Origin: an uncultured Thermoplasmata archaeon
Lineage (GTDB): Archaea > Thermoplasmatota > Thermoplasmata > UBA10834
NCBI GenBank assembly: GCA_963705355.1
Contig: OY970070.1
Span: forward strand, 1,906,960-1,970,959
Direction: 5' to 3'
Length of the DNA stretch: 64,000 nucleotides
The translations under genes and the position numbers were made by a program. Shown here piece after piece: positions 1 to 9,222 of the stretch (position 1 is its first letter; the number at the start of each line of letters is the position of its first letter). The notes under the pieces were generated by a model. It was not told the DNA's origin. It saw only the letters and a list, made by a program, of their open reading frames with translations, and ran no database searches.

Positions 1-6
1 AAAGGT

Positions 7-516
7 GTGAAGAGTCATCCACGGAGCTTGATGCCAAGCGATTCCTCTATAGATGCGCCGGTCGAGGGAGAGGGCATCGATGCCAGAATGCTCCTCACCA
101 GCGAAGAGAGGGCCAAGATGCTCGCCCGCATCCACTCGCTTGTCTACTGGGTCGGGATGTTGATTCCGGAGCGCGAGATCCTCGACGATTCAGAAATCGA
201 TCTTCGGGAAGTCGTGTACAATCTAACCAGCAAGGAGAAGCTCACGCCGGATGACATCGCCCAGGTCAACGAGCTGATCAGGGTTCTCAAAGCGAAGGAG
301 CGTGGCCTCGAGAAGAGCCTCGCTCACGATCCCATGACATTGGACGGCGCGAAGGGTCTTCTGGAGGAGATATGCGGTCTCCTCCGTGCCATCGACGAAC
401 TACGCTCTGTCGAGACGCCCGAGAAGGCGGAGTTCAGAAAGAGGGATGTCCTGAGCAGGATCGAGGACGCGAAGAGGTGGCAGAAGTTCGTCGAGTCGAT
501 CAAGCCAACGAAGTGA
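7..516 (+). CDS. Conserved archaeal helical protein, DUF5788-like
   Basis: ER..ML.RI...V.WVG..IPE, IDLREVVY, GL.RAIDEL and ED.KRW.KFV pattern recalled from DUF5788; start uncertain (GTG 7 or ATG 31). Confidence 0.6.
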   Translation: MKSHPRSLMPSDSSIDAPVEGEGIDARMLLTSEERAKMLARIHSLVYWVGMLIPEREILDDSEIDLREVVYNLTSKEKLTPDDIAQVNELIRVLKAKERGLEKSLAHDPMTLDGAKGLLEEICGLLRAIDELRSVETPEKAEFRKRDVLSRIEDAKRWQKFVESIKPTK

Positions 517-531
517 ACGATCGTCCGCTCT

Positions 532-1968
532 TCAGTCCTCATACTTTTCCAAGATGCAGTTAATCTGCTTCTGGGTCTGCTTGTCCACCTGTTCCGGGAT
601 ATGCGACGAAATGATCTTCTTCGCTCTGTCTTTCGCCCTCTCGACCATGTCCTTCCTGGACTTGTCCAGACGATAGAATGCGAGATTGTCAGTCTTGTCC
701 TGACTCTGAATGAAGAGTTCCTTCCTCATGTTCCTCGCGGTGTGCATCTCCTTCAGGAAGCTGCCTCCGGGACCGACCTTCCTCACAAGATCGACTGCGA
801 AATGCTCGTCATCAAAGGCAACATCTCTTCGCAATTCCCGAACGTTTTCCCAGAGGTCGCAATCGATTATGATCTGCTCCAGCGACGCGCCCAACGCCTG
901 ATCGAGCCCGCCGATTCCCGATGCGAAATCTGTCAGAGCCAGAGACGTGAGGCTCGTGAACAAGAGTTCCGCCGGATCGAAATACACTCCTGGCGATTCT
1001 CCGCCGAGCCCGACCCCGAAACCGCCGACCATCGTGGAAGCGCCGTAGTACTTTGCCATCTGTGCGGCCGCGCTCGCGATCAAAGCCTCTTCGACAGCAC
1101 CGTAGTGTATCTCTCCCGTCCTCATGTTCGGCGAGGTCGATTCCGAGCTGTATACGACGGGCGCTCCAGCCTTTGTTATCTGGGATATTGCGAAGCTAGC
1201 GAGATTCTCCGCATTCACGATCGCTATTGTGGAAGCTAGGGTGACGGGAGATGTGAGCCCTGTCAGAGCCATCGACATCGAGACGACTGGTATCCCAGCG
1301 CTCGCGAATTCCATCAGGGCTTCGACCGAGCCCTTCTCGAACTCCAGCGGGCAAATGGGACACTGGACCACCGAGAACAAAGGCCTCTTGGCAAGCGCAT
1401 CCTCTCCGCCGGCGATTGCTGCGGCAACCTCGACTTCCGCTCTCGCCTCCTCCGCAGACATAGCCTCTCCTTGGACATGCTTGGTCGTGTTCAGAAGGGA
1501 AATCGTGAGTTCGCTCAAGGCATGGGTTCTGTCCGGAGCGTCATGCGCAGTAACGATCGGCCAGACATAATCGAGCGGATCCATCGCGTCGCAGAGTACC
1601 ATGAAATCCTTGAGATCCTTGCCCAGCGTGGTGTGCTTCTCCCCGGTCTCGAGATCGGTCATGTAGACGGCGGTGCCGTTCGTCGCCATATATGGTGGTC
1701 CAGTCTTCGGAGCTAGCATGTCTTGTTTCGGATTCCTCGCGCAAAGATTCACGGTCTTCGGAAGCTTTTTCACAGTCTCCTTGACCAAGCTTTCTGGAAT
1801 GCTAGCATGCATGCCCTTTCTGTCTATCTTTGCCCCGCCGCTCTCAAGCATCTTGAGCGCTCTCTCGCTTCGAACCATCACGCCTGGGTTCTCCAATATG
1901 CGCAGCGTCTTTTTGTGAACAAGTTCTATGTCACTCTTCGACAGAATGCTTATCTGGGCTACCGCCAT
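532..1968 (-). CDS. Trimethylamine methyltransferase (MttB) superfamily protein, non-pyrrolysine type
   Basis: IH..TLRILE.PGV, NTTKHV, CPICPLEF, TSPVTLASTIA..NAENLA, VGPGGSFL...HT motifs; no in-frame TAG. Confidence 0.85.
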   Translation of the reverse strand: MAVAQISILSKSDIELVHKKTLRILENPGVMVRSERALKMLESGGAKIDRKGMHASIPESLVKETVKKLPKTVNLCARNPKQDMLAPKTGPPYMATNGTAVYMTDLETGEKHTTLGKDLKDFMVLCDAMDPLDYVWPIVTAHDAPDRTHALSELTISLLNTTKHVQGEAMSAEEARAEVEVAAAIAGGEDALAKRPLFSVVQCPICPLEFEKGSVEALMEFASAGIPVVSMSMALTGLTSPVTLASTIAIVNAENLASFAISQITKAGAPVVYSSESTSPNMRTGEIHYGAVEEALIASAAAQMAKYYGASTMVGGFGVGLGGESPGVYFDPAELLFTSLTSLALTDFASGIGGLDQALGASLEQIIIDCDLWENVRELRRDVAFDDEHFAVDLVRKVGPGGSFLKEMHTARNMRKELFIQSQDKTDNLAFYRLDKSRKDMVERAKDRAKKIISSHIPEQVDKQTQKQINCILEKYED

Positions 1969-2023
1969 TCTCCCGCTCCGAGAACCGAGATTGAGAGTGA
2001 GGTAATTAATCCATTGGCCCCCA

Positions 2024-3304
2024 GTGGATGACTATCTCAACGATCTCTTCGGACCAAGTGGACAAATGGTGTTCGAGACTCTCAGGGCATATCCCAGGGC
2101 TTTCAAGGTGCTCGTGGCGAGCGCACTGATCGAGAACATGGCTTTTGGCCTCATAATTCCGTATTTGACGATTTATATGACTGCTGATATCAAAATCTCG
2201 GATGCGGCCGCGGGTGTCGTGCTAATGGGCTATACTCTTTCGGGCATACCCGCTGCGATATTCGGCGGCATGCTCGCCGACAAGATCGGAAGGAGGACCG
2301 TCCTTCTCATCAGCCTGGGTTTGATGGCGATCACGATATTCATGTATTGGTTCGCCTTCGATTTCGTCTCCTTGCTCGCGATCGCCCTTGCGGACTCCTT
2401 TGTTGGCTCGCTTTACATGCCCGCTGCGAACGCGATGATAGCTGATGTGATTCCGTCGGAGAAGAGGCCTCAAGCCTACAGCACGCAGAGGATCGCTTGG
2501 AATGTCGGCTTGATATTCGGCCCCGCGGCGGGTGCAGCCATCGTCGCAAGCAGCTCCATACAGCATCTGTTCGCATTCGGCTCCGTGATCCTTGCGGTGG
2601 CCTTCACGATGAACTTCTTCTTCATCCCGGAGACAAAGCCAGACAAGACCGGTGAAGAGGTGACCTTCAGGAAAGTGGCTGAGGTCCGTAAGAACAGGCC
2701 GTTCCTCCTCCTGTGCGCGATGAGCGGCATATTTTGGTTCGGTTCGACCCAGTTCATGTCTGCATTCCCAGTGTACGTCACCAGGGAACTCGCTCTTCCC
2801 AATACTGACCCTGGGGTTCTGTGGGCGATAAATGGTGCGATGATCGTCCTGCTCCAGCTCTGGGTCACATCGAAGGCTGTGAAGCTCAGAAGATCCGTCG
2901 TCCTAACGGCCGGACAAATCGTTAGTTCGGTCGGATTGGGCCTACTGTTCTTCGCAGCCGGTCTACCTGAGTTGATCGCGTTCATCGTCGTCATGACAAT
3001 AGGTGAACTCATCTACATGTCAATCCTCTCTGCGGTCATCGCTGACATGTCGCCTGAGGACAAGCGCGGCATCTACATGGGCTTCGCTGGATTCATGCAG
3101 ACCCTCGGCATGGGCGCGGGCATGCTCGTCGGCATGTGGCTCCTGGGGGCCCTCGCATCCCAGAGCGCCTATCTCTGGGCGTTCTTTGGAGTCGTGGGCG
3201 TATCGACGAGCCTCGCATACTTGGTCTTCGGCCGGATGGTCGGACCTGAGAAGGATCATCCATCGAAGTTCGGAGTCCCCGCTCCTTCAATGCAGTTGCA
3301 CTGA
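2024..3304 (+). CDS. MFS transporter
   Basis: Motif A GMLADKIGRR, about 12 hydrophobic helices; alternative start ATG 2066. Confidence 0.9.
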   Translation: MDDYLNDLFGPSGQMVFETLRAYPRAFKVLVASALIENMAFGLIIPYLTIYMTADIKISDAAAGVVLMGYTLSGIPAAIFGGMLADKIGRRTVLLISLGLMAITIFMYWFAFDFVSLLAIALADSFVGSLYMPAANAMIADVIPSEKRPQAYSTQRIAWNVGLIFGPAAGAAIVASSSIQHLFAFGSVILAVAFTMNFFFIPETKPDKTGEEVTFRKVAEVRKNRPFLLLCAMSGIFWFGSTQFMSAFPVYVTRELALPNTDPGVLWAINGAMIVLLQLWVTSKAVKLRRSVVLTAGQIVSSVGLGLLFFAAGLPELIAFIVVMTIGELIYMSILSAVIADMSPEDKRGIYMGFAGFMQTLGMGAGMLVGMWLLGALASQSAYLWAFFGVVGVSTSLAYLVFGRMVGPEKDHPSKFGVPAPSMQLH

Positions 3305-3362
3305 GAACAAGAGAAATCCAAAAGGTGAAGGGGTTTTCCAGCCCATCCTCTTGGGATGAACT
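3305..3362 (-). terminator. Putative terminator of the SSB gene
   Basis: Minus strand: short hairpin CATCC-caaga-GGATG followed by a pyrimidine-rich tract (ccttttggatttctcttgttctc). Confidence 0.45.
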
Positions 3363-3384
3363 GATTCAGCAATGCGAAGCGATC

Positions 3385-3921
3385 CTAGAATCGTCTTCGG
3401 CCCTTGTTCATGTAGCTGGGCCTGTCGCTGCTATCTCTGTCTCCGCCTCTGTCGCCATAGCCGCCGCGCCTCTCGCGACCGCCACCATAGCCACCGCGGC
3501 TTCCGCCTCCGCCGAAGCTCCTGCGCTCCTGTTCGTACTCCTTGTCGCTCATGTTCAGCGCGGTGCTTGAGCCGTCAAGCGGCTTCTCGCTCTTTGTGAG
3601 CTGGCCGTACTTGCCGACGTTCAGGCGCATGTGTCCCCTGACCAGCGAGACGTAACCGTTCTTGATCGCCATCACATCGTCCTTGACAATGCTTCCGATC
3701 TGGTTGTCCCACAGGGAGAGGATGATCGCACCCGTCTCGTCCGCTACAGTCGCCTCTGCGACCTTTCTGGAGTTCCCGAACTTTCCGGGGATGTCCTTTG
3801 GCTCGCTGACCTCAAGGCACTTGGCCAATACGTCCACTCTCTTCGATTGTGGCGTGAGGTCCTTTATCTTCGTCTCTACGCTTGCTTGCTCTTCCGAGCT
3901 TTGTCCAACGCTCTCTTCCAT
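3385..3921 (-). CDS. ssb: Single-stranded DNA-binding protein (single OB fold, Gly/Arg-rich tail)
   Basis: VAEATVADETG.I.LSLWD, IKNGYVSLVRGHMRLNVGKYG; tail with RGG/GGYG repeats. Confidence 0.88.
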   Translation of the reverse strand: MEESVGQSSEEQASVETKIKDLTPQSKRVDVLAKCLEVSEPKDIPGKFGNSRKVAEATVADETGAIILSLWDNQIGSIVKDDVMAIKNGYVSLVRGHMRLNVGKYGQLTKSEKPLDGSSTALNMSDKEYEQERRSFGGGGSRGGYGGGRERRGGYGDRGGDRDSSDRPSYMNKGRRRF

Positions 3922-4164
3922 GTCTATTCTTCCTTTGTGCACAATTGTCTCCGGCTAGCACGCGAGTCAAACTATCGGCTTCAAAACATCAGCGATGTTC
4001 GGCTTGTCGTATCACTCGGCACAACTAGTGCTGGTTTAACGACTGTGCATGACACTATTAATAATCTTGCCCGATACTAGGCCAACGTGCGGCCGTCATT
4101 GTGCCGATTTGCGCAATCCCAGCTTCAGTCAGCGCGTTCAACTAGACGGCTCTGCTCTGAGAAA

Positions 4165-4178
4165 CAGCTATATATACT
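4165..4178 (+). promoter_or_regulatory. TATA box of the oxidoreductase/glutamate synthase operon
   Basis: gaaacag-CTATATATA (4168-4176) about 170 nt upstream of the first ATG. Confidence 0.55.
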
Positions 4179-4342
4179 CCTGTGCGTACGGCGTTACCTG
4201 TTTGAGGAGCATAGCGCCGTTGAGACCTGCAAGGACACTCCGCACGGAGGTCTGCTCCCCGCCGGAGCAGTGGGTTCATGATGCTCGCGATCGATTCACG
4301 GAAGGGACTTTGAGGACCGCATGTCCCTGAGGGGGGATGCAC

Positions 4343-6337
4343 ATGGTTGACGACGGTGTAGGCCGGGCTATTTACCCTGGTGCGGCACCCTCTCCCGCCC
4401 CCCCTACCGAGTTCTCGCCAAAACCTGAACGGCATGAGGGCGGGATCGCAGCCGAAATCGCTGCTCTTGGGATAGAAAATCTGCGCGTTGCGGTTGCTTC
4501 CGGCGAGCGGCTCCTGTACTCACGCGACCAATCTGAGATCCCGCGCTTCCTCAGAGAGATCATGTTCAACTCGGTCCCCGAGGCAGTTGTTCTGGCGAAA
4601 TCGGCTGAGGCGGTCTCGGCCGTTGTTCGATTCGCCTCTTCGAATGGCATCACTGTCATACCCAGAGGTTCAGGCTCGTCGCCCTTCGGCGGTTCGGTCC
4701 CTGTCTCCGGAGGCATCGTGATCGATGTCTCGGGCATGGACAGGATCATCAACATCGATGTTCCAGGCAAGACGGCGAGTGTCGAGGCGGGAGCGAGATG
4801 GGCAGACCTGGATCATGAGCTGGAGAAGCACGGCCTATGCCTGAACACGAGTCCGTCGAGCAAGTTCTCGACCGTCGCGGGATGGGTCGCGACGGGCGGG
4901 ATGGGATTGAACAGCTTCTCGAAGGGTCATCTGAGTTCGAGTGTTCTGTCGGTCGATGTCGTGACTCCAGACGGGCTGAAGAGGACGGTCCAGAGCGGCG
5001 ACCCGATGTTCCCCGCGATCTTCGGAAGTGAAGGGCAGCTCGGGGTGATCACGGCAGTGACTCTTGGCGTCCGCAAGATCCCGAAGAGATTCAAGCCGCA
5101 TTTGATATTCTTCAAAGACCCGAAGAGCGCCTTGAACTTCACACGCTCTCTGGCAGAGAGTGGAGTCCACCCTGCTCACATCTTGTACGAGAGCGCCGCG
5201 AAGTTCTCTCTCATCAACAGGATGCTAGGCCAGAGCCGCTTCAGCGCCGCTGACGCCATCATCGTGAGCATCGAGGGCGAGGAGTCGGAGCAGCTTTACC
5301 AGAGCTTCACGAAGGCCGCGGGTCTCAAGGAGGAGAAGGAGTACCTCGCGCGGTACATGTGGAACGAGAGGTACTTCCCCATGAAGGTTCGCAAGTTCGG
5401 ACCGGGGATGCTTGGATCCGAGGTTATGGTGCCTCAGAGACTTCTTCCAGATGTTCTCACGAAGGCTGCCGACCTGTGCCAAGAGCTCGGGCTCGAGCCC
5501 CTCTTTGAGATACACTTCACCAATGAAGGCCATGGTCTGCTCCTGTGTTACTACGTGACGGACCAGGGCAACACGATAGGCTACACCCTGGACGCGCTCA
5601 AGTCCATGCTTCTCACATCGATGCTGATTGAGAGCGGCGCAAAGCCATACTCTGTCGGCATTTGGAACCATCCGTTCTCGAACGCCGAAGAGCGACCACG
5701 CGTCGATCGCCTGCGACAAGCGAAGGCTACAATGGATCCAAAGGGCGTCATGAACTCTGGAAAGTACTTCTCGCTCTCTGGAAGATTCGGCGGACTCGCC
5801 GCGATGGCCTTCAATCCCAGATTGATGAGGCCAGTGCTGAAGACGATGCGGGTCTTCTCCCCGATCACCATGCGATTCATGCGGATGGGATATGGTTTCG
5901 CTGCCAGGAGGCTGAAGCCGAAGTCAAGGAGCGAACTTCTTCGGATTGCAGACGAGTGCGCCATGTGCGGAGCTTGTGTGAGCGTCTGCCCGGCTTACCT
6001 CGTCGTGGGCGATGAGAGGGTCACCGGAAGAGGGAAGCTGTTGACTGTCAAGGCGATGGCGCGCGGCGCCAAGATATCGAAGGAGCACTCGGACAGGATC
6101 TTCCTGTGCATGAAGTGCAAGGCGTGCGAGCAGGTCTGTCAATCGAAGCTCGAGCTCGTCAAAGCCTACGAAGCACTTGAGAAGGAACTTGAGCAGATTC
6201 ACGGCAAGGACGCTCAGGAGATCGAGAAGTTCATCCGGTACGTGGAGAACACCTCCGAGTACGATGAGCTTGTCGAGCGCGGTCTCGTAATAGGTGCTCC
6301 GAAGCACGGGATGGGAGGTGGTGCGGCTGACGTTTGA
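4343..6337 (+). CDS. FAD-binding oxidoreductase (GlcD/D-2-hydroxyacid dehydrogenase family) fused to a C-terminal 2x[4Fe-4S] domain
   Basis: PRGSGSS.FGGSVP, GSEGQLGVIT, MDPKGVMNSGK; CAMCGACVSVCP and CMKCKACEQVC. Confidence 0.85.
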   Translation: MVDDGVGRAIYPGAAPSPAPPTEFSPKPERHEGGIAAEIAALGIENLRVAVASGERLLYSRDQSEIPRFLREIMFNSVPEAVVLAKSAEAVSAVVRFASSNGITVIPRGSGSSPFGGSVPVSGGIVIDVSGMDRIINIDVPGKTASVEAGARWADLDHELEKHGLCLNTSPSSKFSTVAGWVATGGMGLNSFSKGHLSSSVLSVDVVTPDGLKRTVQSGDPMFPAIFGSEGQLGVITAVTLGVRKIPKRFKPHLIFFKDPKSALNFTRSLAESGVHPAHILYESAAKFSLINRMLGQSRFSAADAIIVSIEGEESEQLYQSFTKAAGLKEEKEYLARYMWNERYFPMKVRKFGPGMLGSEVMVPQRLLPDVLTKAADLCQELGLEPLFEIHFTNEGHGLLLCYYVTDQGNTIGYTLDALKSMLLTSMLIESGAKPYSVGIWNHPFSNAEERPRVDRLRQAKATMDPKGVMNSGKYFSLSGRFGGLAAMAFNPRLMRPVLKTMRVFSPITMRFMRMGYGFAARRLKPKSRSELLRIADECAMCGACVSVCPAYLVVGDERVTGRGKLLTVKAMARGAKISKEHSDRIFLCMKCKACEQVCQSKLELVKAYEALEKELEQIHGKDAQEIEKFIRYVENTSEYDELVERGLVIGAPKHGMGGGAADV

Positions 6338-7718
6338 GCGATACCACATACCCCTCAATACGGTTCAGGGAAGAGCGACACCAGTCCCGAAGTTCGTGAT
6401 AACGCGCACGGATAACTGCATCAACTGCGGCAAGTGCGAGAAGGCCTGCATCTATGGCGTGCACAAGAGGAGCGAGCAAGACCTGCGCAAGATGGCCGAC
6501 CCCATCAATCAGCTCTGCAAGAACTGCTTCAGATGCATAGAGGATTGCCCTCAGAGATCATTGTCAATGGCCCCTGGCACGGAATACAAGTCCTTGGGGC
6601 GCGGGACCTGGACCCCGCTGAGGATAACGACGATCTGGGGCGAGGCGGAGACAGGCAAGATTCCCGTTCTTGGCGCTGGCTACCGCGGCATGTTCGCTGG
6701 ACCTGGCTACGACGGCATGTGGACGGACATGTCCGAGATAGTCAGGCCCACGCGTGACGGTATCCACGGCAGAGAATTCATCTCAACGAGCGTCGACATC
6801 GGCAGAAAGCCCGCTTGGCTTGAGTTCGGGAAGAACGGCAATGTCCTCACCGAGATCCCGCCTATCATCGAGTTGCCCATACCTGTGATAGTGGACGTAA
6901 CGAGGCTGAGGTCGGTGAGCGATGATATGATGACTGGCTTCGCCCGCGCGGCAAAGCATCTGAACACTCTCATCCTGGCCTCTCCGGGTTCTCCGCTTTC
7001 TCAGGCGTCCGCGGAGCTCAACAGCCATTACGTCCCGGTGTTCCCGGAAGGCGCGGATGTTCGCACCATCGAGATACCCAAAGGGGTCCAGATGGTCGAA
7101 CTGCAATACGGATCTGGATGGAGAGGGGACGCGAATCTGTTCAGGTCGAGGTTTCCCGGTGTTGTCCTCTCCTTCAGGATGGAGTCCGGCAGAGGCATCG
7201 AGCAAAAGATCCTCGAGCTTGTCCAGGCCAAGGTCGACGCCGCCCATGTCCTCTATGACGAGGAGAGCGCGGAGCTCGACAGGAACGATTTCAGGCACGC
7301 TAAGGACAGCCTGCGTGCTATCCACAGAGCGCTGGTCGCAAGGGCGATTCGCGACCAGATCACTCTAATCGCTGGAGGAGGGATCGCCGCTGCGGAGCAT
7401 GTTCCGAAGAGCATCATCTGCGGTGCGGACATCGTCGCGCTCGAGAAGGCGCTGGTCATAGCGCTCGAGTGCAGAGATTGTATCAGTTGCTCGAAGGGCT
7501 CGTGCCCCATAAACCTGCACAGCGCGCCCCTAGATTGGGTCGAAGGGCGCGTGACCAACATGATTGGCGCTTGGAGAGACCAGCTTCTCGAGGTTCTCGG
7601 AGCCATGGGCCTCAGGGAAGTCCGAAGGCTGAGGGGAGAGTTTGGCAGGGCGATCTTCTATGAGGACGTCGAGCGAGAAGCGTTCTCGGAGATAGAAGGA
7701 GGCGAGACGAATGGCTGA
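6327..7718 (+). CDS. Glutamate synthase FMN-barrel-like subunit with N-terminal ferredoxin domain, divergent paralogue
   Basis: CINCGKCEKAC and CKNCFRCIEDCP; IRDQITLIAGGGI, KSIICGAD, QLLEVLGAMG; probable start CTG 6327 (GGAGGTG at 6314-6320) or GTG 6321. Confidence 0.8.
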   Translation: MTFERYHIPLNTVQGRATPVPKFVITRTDNCINCGKCEKACIYGVHKRSEQDLRKMADPINQLCKNCFRCIEDCPQRSLSMAPGTEYKSLGRGTWTPLRITTIWGEAETGKIPVLGAGYRGMFAGPGYDGMWTDMSEIVRPTRDGIHGREFISTSVDIGRKPAWLEFGKNGNVLTEIPPIIELPIPVIVDVTRLRSVSDDMMTGFARAAKHLNTLILASPGSPLSQASAELNSHYVPVFPEGADVRTIEIPKGVQMVELQYGSGWRGDANLFRSRFPGVVLSFRMESGRGIEQKILELVQAKVDAAHVLYDEESAELDRNDFRHAKDSLRAIHRALVARAIRDQITLIAGGGIAAAEHVPKSIICGADIVALEKALVIALECRDCISCSKGSCPINLHSAPLDWVEGRVTNMIGAWRDQLLEVLGAMGLREVRRLRGEFGRAIFYEDVEREAFSEIEGGETNG

Positions 7719-9222
7719 GGCCGAGAAGGTCTGCCCTAAGGATATCCCGGAGGCAGCCCTCATCCCCTCCGAGCATCTCAAGTTCGTCAACCGATTCACG
7801 GTGAAGAGGGCAGACACCTGCATCTCGTGCGGCACTTGCGCGAGTCTGTGCCCCTACGGAGTTCACAAGAGGATCGAGGGCCACGCAAAGATCCTCCCGC
7901 CAGACGATAGGAAGTGCATTGGACCGTCCTGCGAGGTTAACTACTTCTTCTGCGTCGCGAACTGCCCAACGAACTCGCTTTCAGTGAGCACAAGCGAGAC
8001 CTTCTTCAGCCTCGGCGACCCGCGTTGGACCTCTGAGATGATACTCGCCACTTGGGCCATGGCTGAGACCGGGAGGCCACTTCCGCTCGATCATCCCGGA
8101 AACGTCGGAGCTTCTGAGGGCGGGTTTGACAGACTGCAGTTCAAGCTCCCCGAACCGAAGGGGGGGTTCGAACCAGCGGAGATATGCACGGCTATCGACC
8201 TCAACAGGCGTGATTCTGGGGCGATGATCAGGATACCCATTCCGATCTACGGCGGGGGAATGTCATTCGGCTCTGTGAGCGTCTACACGATGGTCGCTAG
8301 GGCGAAGGCTGCCAAGAAGTGGAGCACATTCACCTGCACGGGAGAGGGAGGCTATCCAGACGCGCTGATCCCGTACAAGGACCATGTCATCACACAGATC
8401 GCCACTGGCCTGTTCGGCGTCCGCGAGGAGACCATCCAGCGCACTAGGATCGTCGAGTTCAAGTACGCTCAGGGGGCGAAGCCTGGCCTCGGGGGCCACC
8501 TGCTCCACGACAAGAACACGCCTGAAGTCGCGAGGATGCGAGAGGCCGTGCCGTATACGAGCCTGTTCTCACCGTTCCCGTTCCACAGTGTCTACTCGGT
8601 CGAGGACCACAAGAAGCATCTGGACTGGGCGCATGCGATCAATCCGACTGCACTTCTCGCGGTGAAGGTGTCGACGCCGAACGATGTCGAGATGGTGTCG
8701 GTCGGAAGCTACTACGCTGGAGCGCACATCGTCCATCTCGACGGCGGCTACGGAGGGACAGGCGCTGCGCCCGAGATCGCTAAGAAGAACATCGCGATGC
8801 CGATAGAGTATGCCATCCCGAAGGTCCATAAATTCCTCGTCAACGAGGGTATCCGAGACCAGATCACGCTGCTGGCCAGCGGAGGCCTCAGGACCGCGCT
8901 GGACGTCGCCAAGGCGATCGCCCTGGGAGCTGATGGTGCGGTCATCGGGACCGCGGACCTCGTTGCCCTCGGGTGCGTCAGATGCGGCAACTGCGAGAGC
9001 GGCCGAGGCTGTCCTCGTGGCATCGCGACTACAGACCCCATCCTGGACAAGCTGACAGATGCCGACTGGGGCGCCGAAAGGATCTCCAATCTCTACAGCG
9101 CCTGGAGGCTGCAGTGGTGCGAACTCCTTTCTAGGTTCGAGATGTCCGATATCGCGGAGCTGCGCGGCCGGACGGACTTGCTGAGGAACTCAGGCAACCC
9201 GGCGAAGGAGGTGGGCAGGTGA
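7711..9222 (+). CDS. Glutamate synthase FMN-binding subunit (GltB2) with ferredoxin domain
   Basis: GGMSFGS, TGEGG, EFKYAQGAKPGLGGHL, DGGYGGTGAAP, CVRCGNCESGRGCPRGIAT. Confidence 0.9.
   Translation: MAEAEKVCPKDIPEAALIPSEHLKFVNRFTVKRADTCISCGTCASLCPYGVHKRIEGHAKILPPDDRKCIGPSCEVNYFFCVANCPTNSLSVSTSETFFSLGDPRWTSEMILATWAMAETGRPLPLDHPGNVGASEGGFDRLQFKLPEPKGGFEPAEICTAIDLNRRDSGAMIRIPIPIYGGGMSFGSVSVYTMVARAKAAKKWSTFTCTGEGGYPDALIPYKDHVITQIATGLFGVREETIQRTRIVEFKYAQGAKPGLGGHLLHDKNTPEVARMREAVPYTSLFSPFPFHSVYSVEDHKKHLDWAHAINPTALLAVKVSTPNDVEMVSVGSYYAGAHIVHLDGGYGGTGAAPEIAKKNIAMPIEYAIPKVHKFLVNEGIRDQITLLASGGLRTALDVAKAIALGADGAVIGTADLVALGCVRCGNCESGRGCPRGIATTDPILDKLTDADWGAERISNLYSAWRLQWCELLSRFEMSDIAELRGRTDLLRNSGNPAKEVGR

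Noticed and set aside
532..1968. Pyrrolysine recoding in the MttB homologue
   Set aside because: The ORF is continuous with no in-frame TAG, and no pyl genes are present here.
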